A stretch of 42,299 nucleotides of DNA from Chiloscyllium plagiosum. Taxonomy: Eukaryota. The translations under genes and the position numbers were made by a program. How positions within the stretch are numbered: the first letter of the stretch is position 1; each line of letters starts with the position of its first letter. This document shows positions 1-10,679 of this stretch, piece by piece. The stretch spans positions 11,738,580-11,780,878 of the forward strand of contig NC_057755.1 of the NCBI RefSeq assembly GCF_004010195.1, written 5' to 3'. The notes below the pieces were generated by a model. It was not told the origin of the DNA. It saw only the letters and a list, made by a program, of their open reading frames with translations, and did not search any database.

Positions 1-430
1 CATCATTGAGGACATGGTAGGAGGTGGTATTGGCGAGTTGGCATCTGGCCTCAGTGATGTAGAGATCAGTTTGCGCTCCCCTTCTCAGTGGGTTTAATAG
101 TGAGGTTGGGGTTGGAGTGGAGGGTTGCGCGTTCCGATGAGGAGAGGTTGGCATAAGTGCCAGGGGTGGAGTGATCCACGTGATTGATGTTGTAGCGGCA
201 GTTTAAGATGAAGTCGTCGATGGAGGGTAGGAGGCTGGGATTTGCCAGAGGCGGGAGAAGGGAACGTTAGAGGATGGGTTGGATTCCTGCTCGAGGAAAT
301 ATGCGGATATGTGGAGGTGGTGGAAAAAGAGCATAACATCATAACATGAGTGGAATTCGTTCACATGTGGGTGTTGGGGAATGAAGGTGAGCCCTTTGCT
401 GAGGACTGACCATTGTTGATTATCAGAAAA
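1..430 (-). mobile_element. Penelope-like element ORF fragment (N-terminal region), degraded, runs off the window edge
   Basis: Minus-strand SVLSKGLTFIPQHPHVNEF matches the LSKGLxFxP motif upstream of PLE RT (compare VLSRGLNFCP at about 38790). Confidence 0.7.
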
Positions 431-439
431 ACTTATCCA

Positions 440-570
440 GATCACTAATATCCTTTAGGGAAGGAAATTGCCATCCTTACCTGGTATGACTTACATGTGA
501 CTGAAATGTGGTTGACTCTTTAACAGTTAGGTGGGCAATAAATGCTGGCCTAACGAGTGACTCTTCTTGT
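440..570 (+). mobile_element. 3' fragment of a tRNA-derived SINE (same family as 13533-13890)
   Basis: cactaatatcctttagggaaggaaattgccatccttacctgg...gggcaataaatgctggcc aligns by eye with 13705-13860. Confidence 0.7.
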
Positions 571-736
571 CTGTGAATTAATTTTAAAAAATCTGAAATT
601 CCCTGTCTTAGTGGAGGCAAATTCAGTCATGGTATTCAGAAAAGAATTTGGATTGTTCCCTGAAATTGAAGTATCGGGAACAAGTAATTGGGTCTCACAA
701 GATGAATTGCTTCTTCAGAGAGACCATGAGAGGCTT

Positions 737-1045
737 ATTAGATTACATTACAATGTGGAAACAGGCCCTTCGGCCCAACAAGTCCACACCGACCCGCTGA
801 AGCGCAGCCCACCCATATCCCTACATTTACCCCTTACCTAACACTACAGGCAATTTAGCATGGCCAATTCACCTGACCTGCACATCTTTGGACTGTGGGA
901 GGAAACCGGAGCACCCGGAGGAAACCCACGCAGACACGGGGAGAACGTGCAAACTCCACACAGTCAGTCGCCTGAGGCGGGAATTGAACCCGAGTCTCTG
1001 GCACTGTGAGCCAGCAGTGCTAACCACTGTGCCACCATGCCGCCC
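737..1045 (-). mobile_element. HE1-type V-SINE, near full length
   Basis: Reverse complement has a tRNA-like head with A box (GGTGGCACAGTGG) and B box (GGTTCAATTCCC), a V-domain (GGGTTTCCTCCGGGTGCTCCGGTTTCCTCCCACAGTCCAAAG) and a CR1-derived tail ending TGTAATCTAAT. Confidence 0.9.
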
Positions 1046-1967
1046 AACCATCTGCTGCAACCATCCTGTTTTGTGGAATTAGGTCAAAGATCCGCCACAA
1101 TCTCATTGGCAGAACAGCACAAGGGACCAACTGGCTGCCTATTTAATTTTTTCTTGAAAGACATGATGCACCATTTAATAACTGTATGTTTTCATAAACT
1201 AGCAAAAGTTACTTTAAATATTAAAAGGTGCATAATTTACACTTTTTCCAGTTTTTGTATAAAAACATTTGTTATTCCCAAAATAGTTGTTCAACTGAAT
1301 TTGGTTCTTAAATAGAGATTAAGAAATGTGGAACAATAGAAGTGGACAGTAGTCTATCAGGAGAAATCTAATAATTCAAATTCATCTGACACTTGGGTTT
1401 ACATCACCTGTAAAATGAAAGAAATCCTCTTCAATTTGTCCATTGAGAGAAAAAAAGTGCCATTGTAACCAAGCTGCTGCTTGCCTATTAAGAATGAATG
1501 CACAGGATGATGTTAATTGCAGATGTGGTTAGTGTCTCTTTTATGAGCTAAAAAGGAGCAGTAATTAACTGTCTAACTTTGCCTTGTAGAATCTTTGAAA
1601 AACAGAAAGAGGGGTAGCTTGTACTTAAACTCAGAAATTGCTTTATCTATGTTGACAAATTCTGAGAGTGCTCATGCTCAGAATGGCAAATCTTTGAAGG
1701 ATCCAGAGAAAAGTAATGGTTAGTGTCCAGAATGTCATGATCGTCCAAGACTTTGAAATAAAAAAGTGAATTATTAGAGGACACTAAAAAGGAAATCTAT
1801 TGATAAATCTATTCATAGTCACTGTGAAATATGCACCAGTTGATTGTTACAGGCAGACTATTTTGGACATTAGAAATTTAAATATTGAGTATAATTTGTA
1901 GAGCATGTAAGTTCAGATTTAACAGCTTACTATTTCTTTTGGATGGGTTCTTAAGATGAATTGGGAT

Positions 1968-2300
1968 TGGCACAGTGGTTCAGTGGTTAGCACTCTTGCC
2001 TCACAGTACTAAGCACCTGGGCTCAATCCCTCGGGTGACTGTTGTGTAGAGTGTGCACATTCTCCCCAAGGGTTTCCTGAGAGTGCTCCAGTTTCCACCC
2101 AGAGTCCAAAGATATGCTGGTTAGGTGGTTTGGCCATGCTGAGTTGCCTACAGTATCCAGGAATGTGCAGACTAGATGGATTAGTCACAGGAAATGCAGG
2201 GTTATAGTATGGGGGATGGATATGGTTTGACTGTGTTTTGGAGAGTCGGTGTGGACGTAATAGGCCGAACAGCCTGCTTCCACACTAGGATTCTGTGATT
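1968..2300 (+). mobile_element. HE1-related V-SINE, diverged
   Basis: cagtggttagcact head, gtccaaagat...ggccatgct core, ggtgtggac...cctgcttccacact tail. Confidence 0.85.
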
Positions 2301-2708
2301 TTTTTGAATCATTGAGGATTGGTTGCTTTTAAATATTATTGGTTTCTTATTGTTCTTCTAGTTGCCTGTCTCATTTTGATCTATACATTCCCTACCTTTG
2401 CAGATCTAATTTGCTGGGGATTTGTCTTCCAGGGAGTCATACTATTTTAGTTAAAATCTGACACAACCATGGAATTGAAAGAAGTCACAACAATAGGAAC
2501 TGCCTGCTATAACTAGGGCTAGAAGTTCTTCCTTGATGGAGGGATTGCAGGTGGTGCTTTATGATGCAGGAATAGACAGCTCTTGATACTAGAATACTCC
2601 AAAAGCAATTGGGCTACAGCATGATATGTGGCTGCCTTGTTAAAATTCTGAAAACTTCTTGAAGTCTATGTTCCTTCATTCATTAGATAATTTTTGTATC
2701 ACATATAG

Positions 2709-2934
2709 CACATCTTGTGACATGATGGAGCTTCGCCGTCGATATCAGAACCTGTACATCCCAAGTGATTTCTTTGATACGCAATTCACGTGGGTCGATG
2801 CATTTCTTCTAAATAGACCATTTCAACTTGGAAATCAGTGCAGTTTTCATATTGTTCATAAAGAGGTGGAGCCCCTGGAGAAGATGGCAGCCATGCTTGA
2901 CCCACCAGATGCAGACCATCTGTACAGTGCAAAG
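2709..2934 (+). CDS. CCAR1: CCAR1 internal coding exon (1st in window), 226 nt
   Basis: atatag|C acceptor, AAG|gtttat donor. Encodes TSCDMMELRRRYQNLYIPSDFFDTQFTWVDAF...LDPPDADHLYSAK, recognised as near-identical to vertebrate CCAR1. Confidence 0.96.
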
Positions 2935-3625
2935 GTTTATATATTCGATTGTACATTTTAGTTTCTCACAACATTCTCAGTTGCTTTCAATGTTTCTGTG
3001 AATACTGAATTTCTTGAAAGAAATACCTTTGCACTTGAGGTGGGAATGTGACAATACGCCTCCTTAGCCTCATACCAGACGCCAGTAGCTCGTTCACTGG
3101 TCTGAATTCGAATCTCTAAGAATAGTTACAGCACAGATAGTCGTCCATTTGTCTTTGCTGGTACTCTGAAGGAGCAACTCATCGTATTGTCACATCCCTA
3201 CTTAAAAATGCAAAGGCTTATATTTTAGATTCTCACAACATTCTCAGTTGCTTTCAATTTTTCTGTGAATACTGAATTTCTTAAGAAGGAAATACTCAGT
3301 TTTTATCATTAAATTGTATTTTTGTGTAAAGAAAGATTTGATCTCATTTACCTGCCGCTGAAGATGATTCTGTCTTTCTGAGATATGCTTATTATGAGAG
3401 CTGTTCATGTTGGAAAACATTTTGAATCCCCAGTCTATTCCATCTCAGCCCACTCTCAGAAAAACACTACCTAATCCAGCGATGCAGCATTTTTCAATTT
3501 CCATCAGACAGCAATGGGATATGGATAAGACTGAGCCTCCTTAACCTCGTATCGGACTCCAGTAGCTCGTTCACTGGTCTGAATTTAAATCTGTAACAAT
3601 ACTTACAGCACAGTCTTTGCTGGCA
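2928..3625 (+). repeat. Old local duplication of the exon/intron junction region
   Basis: About 2928-3026 recurs at about 3209-3296, and about 3058-3160 recurs at about 3535-3623, with scattered mismatches. Confidence 0.85.
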
Positions 3626-4374
3626 TTCTGATTGCAAGGTCATCAATGGGTCACTTAAGACAGTTCGGGGTCACTGAAGACAAGTTGAAAGAGACTTTAT
3701 GATGGATGGGCAAGAACAGAAGCAGATTGCATTTGAAGAGTGCTGCAGTTAGCTGTACAGCTTTGCAGGAAGCTGAATTGCACACATTTTGTGTAGGGAA
3801 CTTGATGAGACAAGTGAAGCTGAATTGGCTCTATGTTGTTAGAATTTGGACTCCTAGGCCTCAGTCTACCCATTCCCAATTGAATGATTTCCTTCAGTGT
3901 TGTGATAGATCTGTAATTCTGAGTTGAGGTAGAACCAGTATTTTAACATTAAAATTCATCATTAAGATTATAGTTTAAAGTTGCAGTTTAATGTGGAATT
4001 CAGGCGAAACACTCTATCCAGGAAATAGATAATACTTTATGACTTGTGACAAATAGCATTTCAAGGAGGCTAAGAGCATGAGAGATTATGGCATAGAAGG
4101 TTATCCTGAAAGGATTTGTTAATGGCATGATAGGAGCCTTCTCTGGAGAAGGAAAACAAACATGGGCCAGACAATTTGACCTCCATGATCTATTTATGCA
4201 TGAACAGTGTAAATTAAATGCTGCACATCCTGCCTTTCATTACAGGAGAGAATTGCATGTAAGATCTAAGTTATAAGGAGCAGAAGTAGAATATAGGTTT
4301 CTTGTTGGGCAGTTTGATTTTAGGTCTGTTATACAATTCTGCTCTTGGTTGAAATTACTGTGTGATTCCATTAG

Positions 4375-4488
4375 GTCATGCTGTTGGCAAGCCCTGGCAT
4401 GGATGAACTCTTCCACAAATCATGTGCTCTTGCTGAAGACTCGCAGGAGATACGGGAAGGATTCCAGCATCCTGCGCGACTCATAAAG
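4375..4488 (+). CDS. CCAR1: CCAR1 internal coding exon (2nd), 114 nt
   Basis: ccattag|GTC acceptor, AAG|gttagt donor. Encodes VMLLASPGMDELFHKSCALAEDSQEIREGFQHPARLIK, phase 0/0. Not in the ORF track. Confidence 0.96.
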
Positions 4489-5165
4489 GTTAGTGGTATA
4501 CTTAACCCTGAACTAGTGATGTAATCAGTGGTATAGTCATAGTTGATAATATAGGTGCCTTCGTTGTCTGGGGTGGGTTATTGGTAATACAATATGCAAT
4601 ACTGCATAATAACACCATCCTCATCCACCGCGACTTGGCTCCATGCTTGATAATTTTTGTGGTCTTCTGAGCACGGAAGCAGGTCAGAGGCTCAGAATCC
4701 AGAAGCAATTAACTCACCTCTTGATTCCTGATCTACAAGATAAAAGTCAGGAGTTTATGAGAATGAAAAAAGGAGCCTCTGAAAATCAAAAAAGTAGCCC
4801 ATAACAAAACATAATTTAGTGTTTTATATTCAATGACTTGCTGCTCTACATGGGCTAGAGTTCCCAGGACTGCTGAGGTACATCTTAATTTAAATTCATA
4901 AGTGTCATTGAAGAATAGGTTTTTGTTATAATGCCCCTTCAAATGCTGCTGTTTTGAATTAACAAGTTAACTTGATGTCATGGATTTTCACAATGTAACA
5001 GAGTTTGTCCAGGCATTCTGTTCTGCCATAGGCGGCTTTCTGCCCTTTCTCATCAGGCAGTTAGCATGAAAGACATTGTGAGCAACATTCCTGACCAATA
5101 GGAGGTTAAGATGGTCTGTGGACTTTCACGCTGATTGTATTTTCTGCAGATTTGAGAAGTCCTTG

Positions 5166-5394
5166 TGAAATAACTTCTCAAAGGCTGGTATTCCATCAGT
5201 AAATCACCCTTTACTTACACATGTGTAGTATATGACATTGACCCAGCTAGCTCGAGCCAGCCCATAGAGTGAACAGAACCCCTAACACTGCTCATATCTG
5301 CCACCTCGAACTCCCTGATTGGACCCGTAGAGTCCTAATCAGGGAACTCATATTCTATGAGGTCCACCTGGCTGACCTCATTACAATCGCTACA
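5166..5394 (-). mobile_element. Solo LTR (Gypsy-type), 229 bp
   Basis: TG...CA termini; reverse complement runs TGTAGCGATTGTAATGAGGTCAGCC...GTTATTTCA. Flanks CTTG/CATG fit a 4-bp TSD with one mismatch. Confidence 0.7.
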
Positions 5395-5499
5395 CATGTT
5401 CCATATATGTAAACAGATTTTTTTTCATGTTGGAGTCACTATTCAATGTTTTGAAGGGCTGCTCCTGACCTTGGATTATATTTCAGCCCAACCAACAGA

Positions 5500-6250
5500 T
5501 CAGTGATCACCCAGTGTTGGAGGAGGAAGGTTGTGGGTCGTCCTCGTCATTCTGCTCATGTGTCTGGCCAAAATGGTCAGTAACACATCCAGACAGCAAG
5601 CAATTGAGGAGTCACTAAACCCAACTGTCTGGTCTCTTCTGTGGTTCCACTCATGTTTAGGTGTCCTTGGAGAGGCATTCATCAGCACTTGAGACCTTCC
5701 ATGACCGGAGGGCACTGCTGGAGCTGGAGATAGCCTTTAACAAAGGGGCTAAAAGGGTAGAGTGGGGACCAGAACATCGGGTCCACTTGGAACTAAAGAC
5801 CACCTTGACACCAGCCCCCACCTTTAGATTGCACAATATGCCCCGATCATTCATGTGCACTACAATGTGTATAGAGACTTCCAAAATGGTGTAGTGTTAC
5901 AAGAGTATGATGGGGACATGAGACCAATAGCTTATTATTCACTCAACGGCTCCCAGTAGCCCAGGGTATGGCAAGATGTGCAGTGCATTAATCTGTGTAA
6001 CATCAATGGTGAAAGTATGTGAGCTAGTAACTATATCAGCGCACATAGCATTGCATGTGACATATGTTGGCAGACCTGCTCAACACCAGGAAATTGAAAT
6101 CTGTCTCGGACAGCAGAACAGTTGCATAGGAAGCAATCCTAATATCTTCAGACAGATCAGTTCAGATAATGAGGGATATCAGAGGTACCAGTATCTGCTG
6201 GAGGTTTATTTGTTTGTTTGGAGGCCACACCAGATAAAGAAACACAAGGG
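5500..6250 (+). mobile_element. Endogenous retrovirus pol relic, 5' part (RT end/tether)
   Basis: Broken frames give VEWGPEH..LKTTLTPAPTF and VLQEYDGDMRPIAYYS..PVAQGMARC, typical of the RT connection/degenerate RNase H. Confidence 0.65.
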
Positions 6251-6254
6251 TCAG

Positions 6255-9200
6255 GATCAAGAAAAAAAAAGACAATCACAACTGTGATTGAAGAACAGAC
6301 AAAGGAAGCACTGAGTGAGGTAAGAGCAGGAGAGAGAGAGTGAGAAAGAAACCTACATTGCTAACTGACAGAGCAGTGAACCTGCGTAGTTACTGCCTTT
6401 GCTGTTCAATTCATGTATCGCTGGACATCGGAGTGCATCTGGGAAAATTAACAAACCGTGAAATTCACAACTGATCTTGGAGGAACCTGTTTGGGAGAGG
6501 ACACAGCACCACTTTAATCAATATCTGGATTACTCCCAGTGCTACGAACTAGTGAGGGCAGGAAAAGGAGGATAGAGCAGATGAATGCATGGCTGAGGAG
6601 TTGGTGTGCAGGAAAAGGATTCATATTTTTGGATTATTGGAAGCTCTTTTGAGGTAGAAGTAACCTGTACAAGAAGAATGGATAGCACTTAAATTGGACT
6701 AATATATTGGCAGGGAGATTTGCTAGAGCTGCACGGGATGATTTAAACTAGTAAGGTGGGAGGATGGGACCCAGGGAGATAGTGAGGAAAGAGATCAGTC
6801 TGAGACTGGTACAGTTGAGAACAAAGACGATTCAAACAGTCAGGGAAAGCAGGGACAAAGCAGAGAACAAAGTAGGACTGATAAATTAAACTGCATTTAT
6901 TTCAATGCAAGAAGCCTAACAGTGAAGGCAGATGAACCCAGGGCATGGTTAGGAACATGGGACTGAGATATCATAGCAATTATACAAACATGACTCAGGG
7001 ATGGGCAGGACTGGCAGCTTAATGTTCCAGCATACAAATGTGACAGGAAAAACAGAAAGGGCAAGAAAGGAGGGGGAGAGGCGTTTTTGATAAGGGATTG
7101 CATTATAGCTGTACTGAGGGAGAATATTCCTGGAAATACATCCAGGTTATTTGGGTGGAACTGAGAAATAAGAAAGGGATGATCACCTTATTGGGATTGT
7201 ATTGTAGACCCCCTAATAGTCAGAGGGAAATTGAGAAACAAATTTGTAAGGAGATCTCTGTTATCTTTAAGAATAGTAGGGTGGTTATGGGAGGGGATTT
7301 TAACTTTCCAAATGTAGACTGGGACTGCCGTAGTATTAAGGTTTTAGATGGAGAGGAATTTGTTAAGTGTGTACAAGAAAATTTTCTGATTCAGTGTGTG
7401 GATGTACCTACTAGAGATGATGCAAAACTTGACCTACTCTTGGGAAATAAGGGCAGGCAGATGACTGAAGTGTCAGTGAGGGAGCACTTTGGAGCTAGCG
7501 ACCATAATTCTGTTTTAAAATAGTGATGGAAAAAGATAGACCAGATCTAAAAATTGAAGTTCTAAATTGGAGAAAGGCTAATTTTTATGGTATTACTCAA
7601 GAACTCTCATAAACTGATTGAGGGCGGATGTTCACAGGTAAAAGGATGGCTGGAAAATGGGAAGCCTTCAGAAATGAGATTACGAGAGTTCAGAGAAAGT
7701 ATATTCCTGTGACAATGAAAGGAAAGGCTGGTAGGTAAAGGGAATGCTGGATGACTAATGAAATTGAGGGTTTGGTTAAAAAAAAAGAAGAAAGTATATG
7801 TCAAGTGTAGACAGGATAGATCGAGTGAATCCTTAGAAGGACTCTACTTAAGGGAGAAATCAGGAGGGCAAAAAGGGGACATGAGATAGCTTTGGCAAAT
7901 AGAGTTAAGGAGAATCCAAAACGTTTTTACAAATACATTAAGGACAAAAGGGTAACTAGGGAGAGAATAGGTCCCCTCAAAGATCAGCAAGGCGGCCTTT
8001 GTGTGGTGCCGCAGGAGATGGGGGAGATACTAAATGAGTATTTTGCACCAGTATTTACTGTGGAAAAGAACATGGAAGATATAGAATATAGAGAAATACA
8101 TGGTGACATCTTGAAAAATGTGCATATTACAGAGAAGGAAGTACTGGATGTCTTGAATCACATAAAAGTGGATAAATCCCCAGGACCTGATCAGATGTAC
8201 CCTAGAACTCTGTGGGAAACTAGGGAAGTAATTGCTGGACCTCTTACTGAGATATTTGTATCATTGATAGTCACTGGTGAGGTGCCGGAAGACTGGAGGT
8301 CGGCTAACATGGTGCCACTGTTTAAGAAAAGTGGTCAGGGCAAGCCAGGGAACTATAGACCGGTGAGCCTGATGTCGGTGGTGGGCAGATTGTTGGAGGG
8401 AATCCTGAGGGACAGGATACACATGTATTTGGAAAAGCAAGGACTGATTTTGTGCGTGGGAAATCATGTCTCACAAACTTGATTGAGTTTTTTGAGAAGT
8501 AACAAACAGGATTAATGAAGGCAGAGCAATAGATGTGATCTATATGGACTTCAGTATGGCATTCGGCAGGGTTATATCTCATGGAATACAGGGAGAACCT
8601 GCCATTTGGATACAGAACTGGATCAAAGGTCGAAAACAGAGGATGGTGGTAGAAGGTTATTTTTCAGACTGGAAGCCACAAGAATCGGTGCTGGGTCCAC
8701 TACTTTCCATCATTTATATAAATGATTTGGATGTGAGCATAAGAGGTATAGTTAGTAAGTTTGCAGATGACACCAAAATTGGAGGTGTACTGGACAGCAA
8801 AGAGGGTTACCTCAGATTGCAACGGGATCTTGATCAGATGAGCCAATGGGCTGAGAAGTGGCAGATGGAGTTTAATTTAGATAAATGTGAGGTGCTGCAT
8901 TTTGGAAAAGTAGATCAGGGCAGGGCTTATAAACTTAATGGTAAGGTACTGGGGAGTGTTGCTGAACAAACAGACCTTGGAGTGCAGGTTCATAGCTCTT
9001 TGAAAGTGAAGTTGCAGGTAGATAGGAAAGTGAAGAAGGCATTTGGTATGCTTTCCTTTATTGGTCAGAGTGTTGAGTACAGGAGTTGAGAGGTCATGTT
9101 GCGACTGTACAGGACGTTGGTTAGGCCACTGTTGGAATATTGTGTGCAGTTCTGGTCTCCTTCCTATTGGAAAGATGTTGTGAAACTTGAAAGGGTTCAG

Positions 9201-9652
9201 AAAATATTTACAAGGATGTTGTCAGAGTTGGAGGATTTGAGCTTTTGGGAGAGGTAGAATAGGCTGGGGTTGTTTTCCCTGGAGCGCGGAGGCTGAGGAG
9301 TGACCTTATAGAGGTTTATAAAATCATGAGGCGCATGGATAGGATAAGTCGGCAAAGTCTTTTTCCTGGGATGGGGGAGTCCAGAACTAGAGGGCATAGG
9401 TTTAGAGTGAGAGGGGAAAGATATAAGAGAGACCTAATGGGCAACTTTTTCACACAGAGGGTGGTACATATATGGAATGAGCTGACAGAGGAAATGGTAG
9501 AGGCTAGTACAATTGCAACATTTAAAAGGCATCTGGATGGGTATATGGGCCAGGTCTGGCAGGTGGGACTAGATTGGGTTGGGATATCTGGTCAGCATGG
9601 ACGAGCTGGACCGAAGGGTCTGTCTCTATGCTGTACATTTCTATGACTCTAC
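6255..9652 (+). mobile_element. CR1 LINE (5'UTR, ORF1 mostly deleted, degraded ORF2 APE+RT, 3' tail)
   Basis: MGGDFNFPNVDW and SDHN endonuclease motifs, KSPGPD, NYRPVSL, SKFADDTK RT motifs, ctatgactcta tail. The 5' part matches 17595-17770. Confidence 0.93.
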
Positions 9653-9654
9653 AC

Positions 9655-10400
9655 TCCAACTAAATGTTTTATATGGATAGAACATGGCAATATACATGTA
9701 TTTCTGGTATAACGTGATGATTGCATTCCTGTGCAACCATGCGCTGTAGAAAATCGCTACACCTGTATAGTAGAAAGTTCGCGCTATCCAAATAAAGTCA
9801 ATCGTTTTATGGCCAGTTTATGTATTGAAGCATTATACCAGAAATCCCTATCCAGATGGACTATCACATACTTGGTGGACAGTGCTAACTAGAGATGGGA
9901 GAGTGGGAACCAAAGAGGAGCTGAAGAAAAATATCTTGGCTCAGGTGGCCAAACTGACTGCTCTTATAGAAGCATTGGAACTGAAGAAAGGGAAAAAAAG
10001 TTGACATCTATGCAGAGATGCTATCTATGATTCTGGGGTACTGCATGATAGCTTTGAAGGCTTGGTAGAGCTCGCCATGGTTAAAATAAAGGCTCATCAG
10101 AGAATGGAAATTGAGGAACACGGGAAATACACTAGCAGATGAGGCAGCTAGACAAGTGGCCGAGAAAGAAACACCAGTCCCAGTTTCCGCTGCAATAAAA
10201 GGACTATGTGAAATGAATATTCCAAAGGTTCAGTATAAAGTTGAAGAACAAGAGCAATGGATGAAGAAATCGCCAAAACCACAGGAGGCACCAGGATAAT
10301 AAAGGATTAGTAATGAAGTGGGGAGGGATGTCTCCAAACACTGTACAATCCTGGAACACCAAAGTGAAATATTCCACCAGCGAAGACCTAAAATCCTATG
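9655..10400 (+). mobile_element. Endogenous retrovirus pol relic, 3' part (retroviral RNase H)
   Basis: Frameshifted motifs AQVAKLTALIEALELKKGKK-VDIY, YDSGVLHD, LAMVKIKAH, GNTLADEAARQVA. Confidence 0.75.
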
Positions 10401-10679
10401 GGAAAACCTGTAAAAATTGTTTTTTGGACCCCTGCTAACAACAAGACAAGAAATACTACTGAGTAGTAACTGACCAACTTAAATGGTGTGTAGAAACATT
10501 TGTCACCCAACACTCTTTTGCTAAGATGGTAGCCCAAATACTGGTATGTGAAATCATTTTCCACAGGGTTCCCAACTGTTGTATTCCAACCCTCTAGAAA
10601 TATTTGATTATTTATTGCCCCTGCATGCTGCTTTCTATGTTTCATATACAGGTGTCTTCAAGTCCTCACTATTAAATTT

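Noticed and set aside
970..1045. tRNA genes from A/B-box motifs (also 1970, 13535, 33085)
   Set aside because: They are SINE heads followed by SINE bodies.
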